DNA of 63,407 bases, filler included, from Octopus bimaculoides (taxonomy: Eukaryota): the NCBI RefSeq assembly GCF_001194135.2. It is 5 parts of 5 records of this genome, joined end to end, with 100 filler letters (N's around TTAATTAATTAA, not from the genome) between each part and the next. Parts side by side here need not be neighbours in the genome. Positions count along the whole stretch, not along the records: positions 1 to 26,323 come from NC_068999.1; 4 more parts are not named here. One strand, 5' to 3'. This document shows, piece after piece, positions 1 through 13,719 of this stretch. How positions within the stretch are numbered: the first letter of the stretch is position 1; every line of letters starts with the position of its first letter. A program made the translations under genes and the position numbers. Below the pieces are notes generated by a model. It saw only the letters and a program-made list of their open reading frames with translations, was not told where the DNA came from and made no database searches.

Positions 1-68
<68 letters not shown>

Positions 69-1029
69 CACACATACATACATAAGCATGTATATATGCA
101 CTGATGAGACGGAAAAATGATATTAATATTGCGAGACAGTTATACATTTAATCGCAGGCGAGAGAGTTTGTTGCGGACACAGCCATATGTTCATAAGATA
201 TTTATTGTAAAAATATGTTGGTGTAAGACGGTATGTATGCGTGTTGTACAGCAGTAATATCCTGAAAGGACACAACGATTTATAACACGGATATTATATA
301 AATACATGCATAAACATATATGTATATATATGTGTGTATGTGTGTGTTTGTGAGAGCATGTATGTAGGTATAAATGTATGTATGCATTATTTGTACGTTA
401 GTCCTGATAAAGTTTACATATTGCATTCATGATATATATCTTGTCAGTTATATTCATAATAGATACATAGACTGTGTCGTAATTCTTTTGTGCAATGTTG
501 CCATTGTTGTCAAATTTATTACAATGAGAAGCTTTCAATAACATTCTTTGTTTTAGAACGGTATATATCGGAATATATTCTCTGTGGTTTTAGTGTCTTG
601 TAGACAATCAAGCTCTTTATGTTAACCTCGAAGACTGATTTGACATTTATGTACTCTTCAATTTTGTATTTAATTTTCAGCTACATTAAGTGTCTTTCCA
701 ATGTTTTCTTGTGTTTTAACTACATTAATAAAAATGTCGAGGAATTGGTAACCGACAAACAAACAATAGCAGAGCGTCTACACTTTAGGTGGTATAAATA
801 TATACATACATACATACATATCTATATTGCATATACGTATATTATATATATACATACATACATACATACATATATTATATATACATACATACACATATAT
901 ATTATATACATTATATACATTATATATGTATATATATAAATATTATACATATATATATATGTATGTATACTCACGCACACGCGTACATATATTCATATAT
1001 ATTGAAGTATTTGTACATATAGTTGTGTG

Positions 1030-1060
<31 letters not shown>

Positions 1061-1388
1061 NNNNNNNNNNNNNNNNNNNNNNNNNNNNNNNNNNNNNNNN
1101 NNNNNNNNNNNNNNNNNNNNNNNNNNNNNNNNNNNNNNNNNNNNNNNNNNNNNNNNNNNNNNNNNNNNNNNNNNNNNNNNNNNNNNNNNNNNNNNNNNNN
1201 NNNNNNNNNNNNNNNNNNNNNNNNNNNNNNNNNNNNNNNNNNNNNNNNNNNNNNNNNNNNNNNNNNNNNNNNNNNNNNNNNNNNNNNNNNNNNNNNNNNN
1301 NNNNNNNNNNNNNNNNNNNNNNNNNNNNNNNNNNNNNNNNNNNNNNNNNNNNNNNNNNNNNNNNNNNNNNNNNNNNNNNNNNNNNNNN

Positions 1389-1422
<34 letters not shown>

Positions 1423-1571
1423 GGATGAATGAATAATTCTTAGTTTACAGTTAACATAGAAAATTCAATAAACAGTTACGAGGGTAGAAAAATCGCGCAA
1501 GTAACAAGGATGCAGCGACCTATTCAAAGGTAGAAACACCGGGTTAACGTGTAGTAATTTGTATAGTATAA

Positions 1572-1858
1572 GTAAATAAATGGAGTTGAACGCAGTTGTT
1601 ATTCAAATTCTTTTACCTTCGCCGTCAGATCTACTAACGGTTATTTAAATATACTTAATAGCGTTTTGCTTATCATTTATGCAGTCATTAAAATTTTTAT
1701 AAAATCTTGTTGTTGAGATGGGATCTCTTTCTTTCCCGATGAGAAGATTACGTTATTTTACACCGTTTATTCATTTGGAGTAAAGCCAATGTTGTCTTCG
1801 AAACATGTCGAAAGTAAAAGAATTTGAATAACATCTGCGTTCAACTGTATTTATTTAC
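1572..1858. mobile_element. MITE-like element with about 45-bp terminal inverted repeats
   Basis: gtaaataaatggagttgaacgcagttgttattcaaattcttttac (1572-1616) is a near-perfect reverse complement of 1814-1858. Confidence 0.6.
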
Positions 1859-2666
1859 GTATACACATATATATATGTATATATAAATGTCTACACACAT
1901 ATATAAATATACATGCAAACGTTTACATCTGCCCACGCATTCAAACACTCTGGCTTTCCTACTGGTGACGTTGTCGACAGAAATATCCAACTGTCCGTAT
2001 GATGTGAAATACTATTAGTGGGACTTATTAAGATATCAATCCATCCTCATAAATCGATAAATATTTAAATAGATAATGCTCATAGCATTAACTCTCTGTC
2101 CGAGCAATAAAGAAATGAAAGAAATTGACAAACAAAGAATAATAAAACAAAATAAGTTCTCTGATGTCTATTCGGACTCGAATAACATCAAATAAATATT
2201 TTAAAAAATCAACAAAATTTTAAAAAATATATACCCGGATGATGAATTCATCTCGTTTATGTCTCGTCTGCGAACAGGACGAAATATTATACACGGCATC
2301 AAGAGAGAAATTTCTATCGTCCGTCTGGTGACCTTCAGCAGGCGATTCTTGCCCTATGTCAAAAGTCCTATGTCTGTCCACTGTATAGTGTTTAATCTAA
2401 AGTCTCTTTTTCATTCTGCTCTGTCTTGGTTTTCCACTGAATGATATCGCACACCAATTCTTCATTCAACGTACAAATCTTCATCATATATTGTTGCCAC
2501 GATGGAAAGTATAATTGACGAATCTTATGGCCTATATATAGTTAGGTATGTGGGTATGTGTAAACAAGACACATACATACACACACGTAGAAACACACGC
2601 AGAAATTCGCACATATGCATACACATATGTACACAAAGCAACATAGGCATACTAACAAACACTTAC

Positions 2667-2704
<38 letters not shown>

Positions 2705-2714
2705 NNNNNNNNNN

Positions 2715-2756
<42 letters not shown>

Positions 2757-2855
2757 GGTTTGCTTGTGTGTGAAGATGCGCATATTTTCACATGTAAATG
2801 TGTAATTATGTACACAATAATATATACACAAGCTCTGTTATGTATACAGGTAGGC

Positions 2856-2895
<40 letters not shown>

Positions 2896-3352
2896 ATGTA
2901 TGCATATATATATATACATACCCACATATATACATACAAGTATACGATGATTTCTTTATGTATTTACACATGTGTGTGCGTGTATGTGTGTTTGTCTGCG
3001 TGTTTATGTTTGTGCGTGCGTGTGCGTGCGTGTGTGTGTGATTTTACGTGCGTGAATCTGATAGTTCAGTAAGAAAATTTAGTTGTGTTACTCAAAGCAA
3101 TCTAGATTAAACCATACTGACCAGTTAAAGAGCAGACGTGTTGAAGTGTTGCCAAAGAGGAAAGAAAAAGAAAAAAAGAAAAGAAAAGAGGAAGAAATAA
3201 AATATTGCCGTCGATGATTAAAGAGATGATGAACAAGGAAATAATGGGGGAAAAAATGTGCTTATATATCTTTACATTTTTATCTATTTATCTATATCTA
3301 CTTAACTATCTGTCTATCCAAACCTCTCTCTCTTTCTCTCTCTCTTTATCTT

Positions 3353-3384
<32 letters not shown>

Positions 3385-3937
3385 NNNNNNNNNNNNNNNN
3401 NNNNNNNNNNNNNNNNNNNNNNNNNNNNNNNNNNNNNNNNNNNNNNNNNNNNNNNNNNNNNNNNNNNNNNNNNNNNNNNNNNNNNNNNNNNNNNNNNNNN
3501 NNNNNNNNNNNNNNNNNNNNNNNNNNNNNNNNNNNNNNNNNNNNNNNNNNNNNNNNNNNNNNNNNNNNNNNNNNNNNNNNNNNNNNNNNNNNNNNNNNNN
3601 NNNNNNNNNNNNNNNNNNNNNNNNNNNNNNNNNNNNNNNNNNNNNNNNNNNNNNNNNNNNNNNNNNNNNNNNNNNNNNNNNNNNNNNNNNNNNNNNNNNN
3701 NNNNNNNNNNNNNNNNNNNNNNNNNNNNNNNNNNNNNNNNNNNNNNNNNNNNNNNNNNNNNNNNNNNNNNNNNNNNNNNNNNNNNNNNNNNNNNNNNNNN
3801 NNNNNNNNNNNNNNNNNNNNNNNNNNNNNNNNNNNNNNNNNNNNNNNNNNNNNNNNNNNNNNNNNNNNNNNNNNNNNNNNNNNNNNNNNNNNNNNNNNNN
3901 NNNNNNNNNNNNNNNNNNNNNNNNNNNNNNNNNNNNN

Positions 3938-3981
<44 letters not shown>

Positions 3982-4580
3982 GTATATATGTAAATACATA
4001 TATGTATGTATGTATGTATGTATATGCATAAATTCAAAGGTATTTGAAAATGATATCTGAATACCAGGCATAGTCGAATGAGTGAATGAAAACAATGTAA
4101 AAACTATTACAGAAAAAGAAAAGATAAAGCGAACAAGAAAGCGATCATGAATAAGTGGAATATAATACGAATGCAAGAAGCGTAATGTTCACAAACGTGA
4201 ATAGAATGGTCTGCGATAGCATAGTGTTTTGTAAATTTACTTTCGATCTTTTGAGAAAAACTCCGTGACAGGGGTTTGTGTTCCAAAGCAAGTGGCATTT
4301 TCTTCTGATATTAAGCATTTTGTGTAAAACGGAAAGTAAATTTCGTATCCAACAAAGCGCAAATTCCTGTTTGATTTCATTACCAGTTTAGAGAATCTCG
4401 AAATAAATTTCATACCCCTGTAGGGGACCCTGACCATATGGATTCCACGGGAGTTTTTTTTTTTAATTTCTTATTAATAAAATCTACGATGTATTGGACG
4501 CATAGATTATCGAGGGTCTAAGTATTTATTGAAATTCGTACCACAGACCCGCGCACATGCATGCACATACATGACATGTA

Positions 4581-4687
<107 letters not shown>

Positions 4688-5513
4688 GTAACTTAGTCAC
4701 AGCAGATCTATAATCTGCTTCTTCAACGCTGGATAAGGACACTATGAAAACGACTTTAGCTATCACTCTGGATAAGCCAATAGACGAATATTTGCATAGC
4801 AGTTCCACGCGCTCTTTACAATGTTAGGCACATGTTTTGCTCTGTCATAACATGTCTGACAGTAATTATGCTTCATTTCAGAGTAACTTTCCGATTTCCT
4901 GAGATGACACTTTGAAATATAAATTTTGATAATTTTTTTTTTGTGGTTTATTAAATGCTCTTTAGCGATTATCTTAGATTTCTTCTTTCCTCGGAATGAG
5001 TTCGTTGAACTTCTTTACTTGTTATTGTTGTTGTTGTTGTTGTTGCTGTTTATTTACTTATGTACAATTTCGTCCATCCTTTGGGATTTACTTTTAAATA
5101 TCATCTCATTATATGTCGTTGAAAGTCATGTAAATATGGCAGTTGTATTTACTGTATCAAGACATTGATGCTACCCACATAATTAGCTAAAGAATAATTC
5201 TAAATAGCTAGCAATTAATCGGATTATAACGGATATATTTCAGGACTGAATAAAACTCATACAAAAGAAATCCAAGTCATTAACTGGGAAGAAGAGGAAA
5301 GTGAACATCTTTTTTCTTTTTCGTTTCAGTATAGTGTTGTAAGCTATAATGGTATTAGTTTAATGAAGTAATTCTTAGAATCATTGAATTGCTTACAGCC
5401 TTTCAGTCAGTAATAAGGTTACCGCTCGTTTACAGTAGAAACTATCAATAGAGTGCCATATGAAAATATATCCGCTTGAAAATATAGTTAGTAGTAAAGA
5501 TATAAAACACATT

Positions 5514-5561
<48 letters not shown>

Positions 5562-6719
5562 TCCACACATATAAGAAATATACCCCAGTGACGAACTACA
5601 TTAGCACACAAGTTTAAGAACACCACATCCAGAATAGAAACAAACTACTGAAAGCAAACTGACCACGCAACAATTTCCCTAAAAGACAAATCTAAGGGAG
5701 ATAATCATTCAAAACATGCCACCTTACATTAATGTTACATAATTCAGTGTTTTATTCACGTGAATTGACGAGAATCTCCGTGAAATAAACGAGGCTGTTT
5801 TTCAAAATAGAGGCGAACACCTTTCTCCATGTGATCCGCTTGAAAAATTGTTAGGACACTAGTACGGTTATCTACATTTTTGAACATGAAGCGATTGGTA
5901 GCCGTGATTCACAAATGGCGAAATTATATCTACCAATGTGGTAGTGAGTACTTATTTCCATCGTTCGACATTTACAAATATATCTATATTTATACACCCC
6001 CCATGTATATATATATATATATACACACATCGCGCTTCTTTCAGTTTCAGTCTACCAAATAACCTAGGTGGATAACCTAGAATGCTCTGCTCCTTTCTGT
6101 ACCAGTGTAGGTGTGTGTCTCTCTGGATGTCTGTATTTCGGTGTTTCGGTAAGCACTTATGGAAGAGCACATATCTACGCGTGTTTTGTCCGTTAGTATT
6201 ATTAGAAAGAAACACGTGATCGCAATGCTGGAGCAAGGGATTTCGCAAAATACACAATATATAACTTTCATTGACATTTCTTGATATTCTGCACATTTTT
6301 CTAGATTTACTGCAAAACTATTTCATCATAAATTTAGCAATTTCTTTTTCTTTGTATTTTTTCGAAACATCGAAATACTTGACGAAATAGGAAAGAAATT
6401 TATAGTAATTTTATTCTTTAAAAAATCTTCAAGTTCTTGCTTACTTTTAGCTGCATGAACTGTCACATAGAAACCAATGAAATATTTACTACAATTGCTG
6501 TTTCGACATCATTAATGATCCTGAATTATACGTATTCCTTCGCCTTCCTCTTACGTCGCCAGAAGCTCTAACATCTTCCAACGTGATATTAATATGTAAT
6601 CTTATAATACGTATTTAATTTTAACTTGGCAAGTCACGTTTTATAATATTTCATTCCGTTAGAAAATCGGTTGAGCGAATTTCATACAACCTGCAATTTT
6701 TCTTCTGTTACATGTTGTT

Positions 6720-6865
6720 GTTTTGTTGTTGTCATCGTCGTCGTCGTCGTTGTTGTTGTTGTTGTTGTTCGTCTTCTTCTTCTTCTTCTTCTTCTTCTTC
6801 TTCTTCTTCTTCTTCTTCTTCTTCTTCTTCTTCTTCTTCTTCTTCTTCTTCTTCTTCTTCTTCTT
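6720..6865. repeat. Compound (GTT/GTC)n-(CTT)n trinucleotide repeat
   Basis: Direct reading. Confidence 0.95.
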
Positions 6866-7248
6866 TCTCTTCTCCTCTGAATGGATAGTAGGAAAAGAAA
6901 AGAGTAGCTCCTATGAATTTAATTGGAATATGATCTTATGAACATATATGTGTGTGCAGGTGTGTGTGTGTGTAATTCTTTGTGTAGCTGTATATACTAT
7001 TGTCTCTATCTATCTCACGTATCTTTGGACGGTTAGACGATTCCATTACAGCAAAAAGTGGTAGTGCATTTTAACACACATTTTATTGAGTTTGGCGTCC
7101 TTTAAACTAACCTATGTGTTAGAAGATAAGTTCTGAAATGTTCATCATATTTCTTTTCTCTTTAATTACATGCGAGTCTCGTACAAGTGTCCGTATGAAC
7201 AAAATCTTTGCAATCGTGACCAACATTTCTGTTTGCACATCTAAAAGA

Positions 7249-7333
<85 letters not shown>

Positions 7334-7665
7334 NNNNNNNNNNNNNNNNNNNNNNNNNNNNNNNNNNNNNNNNNNNNNNNNNNNNNNNNNNNNNNNNNNN
7401 NNNNNNNNNNNNNNNNNNNNNNNNNNNNNNNNNNNNNNNNNNNNNNNNNNNNNNNNNNNNNNNNNNNNNNNNNNNNNNNNNNNNNNNNNNNNNNNNNNNN
7501 NNNNNNNNNNNNNNNNNNNNNNNNNNNNNNNNNNNNNNNNNNNNNNNNNNNNNNNNNNNNNNNNAAGAAAACTGTTATGTTTTGGATTGGTCAATCCTTA
7601 TTTACTTCGCAGTGACGTAAAATTTTACTTACCAATTAACGATACAACATCTTCGTGGAAGTTTC

Positions 7666-7801
7666 ATGTGGAAAGAATGGCAGAGAAAACACTTTCCTGT
7701 CACATGCATTAAAATTTTTATTTTACTTTTCATAAATGAGAATAACGTTATATTTGGGCGAGTGATATCTGTGCCATGGGAATGGACAGCCTGGGTCATA
7801 G
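7666..7801 (+). CDS. Candidate first coding exon of a small orphan gene (MWKEWQRKHFPVTCIKIFILLFINENNVIFGRVISVPWEWTAWVI-G)
   Basis: Acceptor tttacttcgcAG at 7611-7612, first in-frame ATG at 7666, donor ATAG|GTGAGC at 7802 (phase 1). No recognisable homology. Confidence 0.25.
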
Positions 7802-8602
7802 GTGAGCTGAATGAGCAATGAGCTGGAAGCAAACAACAGCAAGAACAACAACGACGACGCATGTTCCATTTTCTATTGAGTGCTTCTCAGAAACCGCTGG
7901 TGAGCATTAATCATGCATACAGAGAATGGCTCGTGATCGGAAATCGAACAACCGATCAATTGATCTCCATATTTGTTATGGTTTTCAAACGCTGACAAAA
8001 AAAGAACAATTTAAGCGCTAAAAAAAATATGTACAACAATGGCTTTAAAGTAATTTCAAATTTAAAAATAAATCTAAGTATAACAATTTTAAAATTTTCG
8101 ATTTACTAAAGGAAAAGAGAACGGAAAGTAGAAAAAATATTACAAAAAGAAAAAAATGATAATTAAAGGCTAAACATTAAACGACAATAAAAAATGGGAA
8201 TGAAATCAAAAGAATTGTGAAGAATTTAAATTGTATTTTGAATAACATTATATTGGAAGAGATTCTGCTTAGTGAGAGGATGTAGCAATATGAATCTGGA
8301 GACAGAGAATTCTTCTCATGGAATTGGAGTAAATTCTTGCTAACTGACATAACGAAATGTAATTGCTAAATAATGACGTTAGATTTTTATGGACGCTGTT
8401 GACAAGTAACTGGTCTGATTACATTTCCTTTTCCTTAATTAGGTTTTAATGAACCAGTGAAAACTTTAGCTACAGAATCTAATTGTCTTCCCGTAGCCTG
8501 AATTTAAATGCCGACGACGCTTGTACGTACACACGATTACATCTGCACGCATACGCACATACACACACACACATTTACAATATGTATATTTGCGCTGATT
8601 AC

Positions 8603-8649
<47 letters not shown>

Positions 8650-8866
8650 TGTATATATATGATACGTGTGCGCGTGCCTGTACATACGTGTATACACATN
8701 NNNNNNNNNNNNNNNNNNNNNNNNNNNNNNNNNNNNNNNNNNNNNNNNNNNNNNNNNNNNNNNNNNNNNNNNNNNNNNNNNNNNNNNNNNNNNNNNNNNN
8801 NNNNNNNNNNNNNNNNNNNNNNNNNNNNNNNNNNNNNNNNNNNNNNNNNNNNNNNNNNNNNNNNNN

Positions 8867-8943
<77 letters not shown>

Positions 8944-9544
8944 GTGTGTGTGCGTTTGTGTGTGTGTGTGTGTGCGTGCGTATGTATATCCATATGTTTA
9001 TATTTATGTATATATTTTTACACCTACAGCTACATTCACAAAAGTATTCATGGATATGAGAGTGTACGCATGAAAAGTTGCTATTATATTTCCAATTAGA
9101 ATATATTGCACAGGAAAATCGGCAATTCCTAATTAGAAGGTAGTTAATGAAGCCGTCAGAAGCTGACTATATATTATTGGCATACAACTCACTGGTTACT
9201 TCGAAATATATAACGTAAAATTTAATAATACCATCAAGAAATAAATATCGCCAGAGATATCACAATGAACATAAATAAAGAAGAAGAAAAAGAACTTCAT
9301 TACAGTATTGATATTGGATGGAATAGTCTTGTGATTTAAATGAGGCTTTTAAGAATTCTTCATTATTTTAGAAAATTTATATTTTGAGGTTTTTTAAAAA
9401 ATTTCTTTCGATTCCCCTTTCTGCAATATTTTAAACTCTCTCTCTCTCCTCCCACCTTCTTTCTATAACTGCTTCTCTTTCATTGTCACTCTATGACATC
9501 TAATTAATTTGTAATATACATAGAAAGTTAATAATATTGCAATG

Positions 9545-9593
9545 CAACAACAACCACAACAACGACGATGATCCTCATGACGGATGATGGTGA

Positions 9594-9659
<66 letters not shown>

Positions 9660-9975
9660 GGAGGAGNNNNNNNNNNNNNNNNNNNNNNNNNNNNNNNNNN
9701 NNNNNNNNNNNNNNNNNNNNNNNNNNNNNNNNNNNNNNNNNNNNNNNNNNNNNNNNNNNNNNNNNNNNNNNNNNNNNNNNNNNNNNNNNNNNNNNNNNNN
9801 NNNNNNNNNNNNNNNNNNGTCGATTACATCGATTCCAGTACACAACTGGTACATATTTTCTCGACCACGAAAAGATGAAAAGTAAAGTGGTCCTCGGCAG
9901 AATTTGAACTCAGAACTTAAAGACGGACGAAATGCTACTAACGATGACGACGACAACGACGACGACGACGACGAC

Positions 9976-10007
<32 letters not shown>

Positions 10008-10090
10008 CGACGACGACCATGATGATGATGATGATGATGATATTGAGGATGTTCAGAACAACGACAACGACAACGATGGCGACCATGATG
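9545..10090. repeat. (GAC)n/(GAT)n trinucleotide tracts either side of a gap and a family B fragment
   Basis: Direct reading; this is the source of the poly-D, poly-S and poly-M ORFs in the track. Confidence 0.9.
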
Positions 10091-10476
10091 ATGCATTTGC
10101 TGCTTTGCAGAAGAAAGCAGAGGATGCGCTTACATAAAAATTCTTTTATGAGGAGTTTGTTAATCTTTTGAAGTTTTATAATATTGAAAATGACTTTTAA
10201 TTTTTTAAATAGATTCTGTAACAAGAAATAATTCGTACTCAGACACACGCGTGCACACACACACAAATATACATATGTGCGTGTGTATGCGTGTCTGTGA
10301 GTGTGTGTGTGTGTGTGTGTAATCGACAAGTATTTTTTCATTCTCTCTCTGATTATTTTCTCTTATTCCTTTCCGTTTAAGAATATCCTACTTAGCGGAT
10401 ATTCTAATAGCTCTTTTGTCATAATAACGGTCAACCACACAATAATTTCACTTTGTTTAACGGTCATTTTTCACAG

Positions 10477-10568
10477 GAATTTTCGATGGCCGGATAACTG
10501 AAGAGATGCTGGCGTGGGTTCCCACTCCGGCATCCGAAACTCGGAGTTTTATCATGCCTACTGAATAG
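10477..10568 (+). CDS. Candidate second exon of the same small gene (G-IFDGRITEEMLAWVPTPASETRSFIMPTE*)
   Basis: Acceptor catttttcacAG at 10475-10476. Only the phase-1 frame is open, matching the 7801 donor. Locally GC-richer than the flanks. No recognisable homology. Confidence 0.25.
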
Positions 10569-10729
10569 ACCCTCGAGCAAAATGGACTCTGTACCATAGA
10601 GGTCATTGCTGACATGAATATTTCTTCTAGTGTAACTGAGGTTAGCAGGTCCATATTATATAGGACTCTGAATAATATATATTTAAAAAGAATTAATTCT
10701 ATCCATCACAATGTATGAAACATCCTGGA

Positions 10730-10960
10730 AGAACTTAATATCGCGATAGCATATAAGAATCGGAAGACTCCACATATAGATGAATATACATAAGTAACAT
10801 TTTAGAAAAAAATCCAGCGAATCCTATGAAATATGGATTAATTATTTTTTCAGAATCCATAGAAGCTGCAGCCGATAGTCAGTATAGACAGATTTCTCTG
10901 CAAAGAAGCAGTTTGAAAATTCTTAGTAAAGCCATGTCTGTCGAAACACAGGTCCAGTGG
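10730..10960 (+). mobile_element. LINE RT N-terminal remnant
   Basis: EELNIAIAYKNRKTPHIDE and YRQISLQRSSLKILSKAM resemble the LINE RT motifs K.PG.D and NYRPISLL...KILSK. Confidence 0.5.
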
Positions 10961-11046
10961 AACTGTAATGGTACCATTTAATTCATAAGAATGACACTTC
11001 TGCTTGAAGTACTAGCAGTAGTCTCTCAATAATAGAGTAAAATATT

Positions 11047-11057
11047 ATTAGTAGTAA

Positions 11058-11114
<57 letters not shown>

Positions 11115-11167
11115 NNNNNNNNNNGTAGTAGTAGTAGTAGTAGTAATAGTAGTAGTAGTAGTAGTAA
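11047..11167. repeat. (AGT)n repeat
   Basis: Direct reading. Confidence 0.95.
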
Positions 11168-11590
11168 TTTTATTATAATGTCACGTATCACATTCACTGT
11201 ACACGCAGCCACCAAAAGGTCGATTGAAATAAGTCATTTGCTCTCCATGGTCATTTAAATGCAGAGCTGAAACAAACAATAGCGAAATCGCCCTCAGGGC
11301 ACCTTGCACAGTGTTTCAAAAGTTAAAAAAACGGACAATATATTGTTAAAGTACCACTATCCATGTTTCCACCATAATATCGATCTACACGTATAGCCTG
11401 GAAGGATTAAAGAAAAGTAAAACGAATATACACCCGCACTCATACATATATATAAGTATACATACATACATACATACATATATGTGAGTGTGAGTGTATG
11501 TATATATATATATATATATTTACACATAAATATGTATGTGTACATATATATATGTACATATATGTATATATGCACATACATATATATCTG

Positions 11591-11652
<62 letters not shown>

Positions 11653-11807
11653 NNNNNNNNNNNNNNNNNNNNNNNNNNNNNNNNNNNNNNNNNNNNNNNN
11701 NNNNNNNNNNNNNNNNNNNNNNNNNNNNNNNNNNNNNNNNNNNNNNNNNNNNNNNNNNNNNNNNNNNNNNNNNNNNNNNNNNNNNNNNNNNNNNNNNNNN
11801 NNNNNNN

Positions 11808-11864
<57 letters not shown>

Positions 11865-13191
11865 AACATGAAATGAAAGAGGTAGTTAAGTTATAGCCTC
11901 GTTTTGATATCACAAGAAATATTAGTGACTGTAATATTTACATAACCTCTGATTGACGTCATGTTTTCTTTGAACTGCAAGATTCTCACTCTGTCTTCCT
12001 TTCCTTCTCTCTTCCTCTATCTGTCTCTTTCTCTCTCTCCCTTGATAACAATGTATTTTATCTCTAACTTTTATGTTGCCATTTTCCTGTCTTTTCGTGA
12101 CAAAATATTCTTCATGTAGAAACATGAAGATTAAATAATGTTGTTTCAATATGTACCTATACATTCGACTTTTATAAAAGCTAAATCTATACACAAATCT
12201 ACAAAAATTAAATGGAAAAGTTCAACGCTAACCAAAAAATGAAAGAAACAAAATCTCTAAACCACCGAAATGGTGTAAACCCAAACATTTACAAAAAGTA
12301 GATACGAAATGTTGCGTGTTATATACAAATATTTAAAGTTTAAATAAAGAATAAACATAACGTATATTTTATGACTTTCGTTCATTGGATCCTATAAAAG
12401 TTGAAAGTTTGGATTTTCAGGGATGAATTCTACAAGGAAGTGTAGCTTAAATTGCATTTCACTCAGTCAGTATTGTCCATAAAATACCTTTGATCTCCAA
12501 ATAGATATGAGCCGTTTTCATTTCACAAGAAATATGCGTTCAAATATACCGACGTATATGGGTATATATACACACACGGGCATGTATGTGTATATATATA
12601 TATATATATATATNNNNNNNNNNNNNNNNNNNNNNNNNNNNNNNNNNNNNNNNNNNNNNNNNNNNNNNNNNNNNNNNNNNNNNNNNNNNNNNNNNNNNNN
12701 NNNNNNNNNNNNNNNNNNNNNNNNNNNNNNNNNNNNNNNNNNNNNNNNNNNNNNNNNNNNNNNNNNNNNNNNNNNNNNNNNNNNNNNNNNNNNNNNNNNN
12801 NNNNNNNNNNNNNNNNNNNNNNNNNNNNNNNNNNNNNNNNNNNNNNNNNNNNNNNNNNNNNNNNNNNNNNNNNNNNNNNNNNNNNNNNNNNNNNNNNNNN
12901 NNNNNNNNNNNNNNNNNNNNNNNNNNNNNNNNNNNNNNNNNNNNNNNNNNNNNNNNNNNNNNNNNNNNNNNNNNNNNNNNNNNNNNNNNNNNNNNNNNNN
13001 NNNNNNNNNNNNNNNNNNNNNNNNNNNNNNNNNNNNNNNNNNNNNNNNNNNNNNNNNNNNNNNNNNNNNNNNNNNNNNNNNNNNNNNNNNNNNNNNNCAC
13101 TCTTGCGTGCACAAATATTCAGCTACTTCCAAGCGCACAAATATACATAGACAAACTCATAAATTATTGTTATCCATTCGTCATTTTCATA

Positions 13192-13192
<1 letters not shown>

Positions 13193-13252
<60 letters not shown>

Positions 13253-13580
13253 TTATTGATGTAGCCATGCTCGTCAGTACTAACATTCAGTATCAACTCT
13301 CGTAACAATGGTATGATGACAAATTCCATTTAGCTCAACATCAGAAACATCATCATTAGTCATTACCACAACATCTTCTACAGAAACCACCGCCAACACC
13401 AGCGTCTACTGTCATCATCATCGTTAAGATTTCTTGCCGTCATCATCGTCATCATTATCATAATCATAATCATCATCATCATCGTAATCATCATCATCAT
13501 CATAAACCTCATCATCATCAACATAATTATCATAAAAGATATAATTGTCGGCGTCGTCGTCGTCCTCATCATCATTATCA
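13193..13580. repeat. (CTA)n run followed by a degenerate (CAT)n tract
   Basis: Direct reading. Confidence 0.9.
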
Positions 13581-13719
13581 TGCCCTACCACTACACACAG
13601 CATTCTTCGTCACAGGAACGACGCACTTTGATTTTAGCGTGTTCTTTAAAGAATAATTACATACATATAATTTAATACCAAGTTGTGACGTTCGTTTCTT
13701 TCCTTTTTAAACTTTTTTT

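Noticed and set aside
101-165. CTGATGAG...GAGAC as a third hammerhead
   Set aside because: No stem II and no intact GAAA box in the right position.
2230-2444. Stretch open on both strands (MSRLRTG... and ...TVDRHRTFDIGQES...)
   Set aside because: Short, with poor acceptor context and no homology; within chance expectation.
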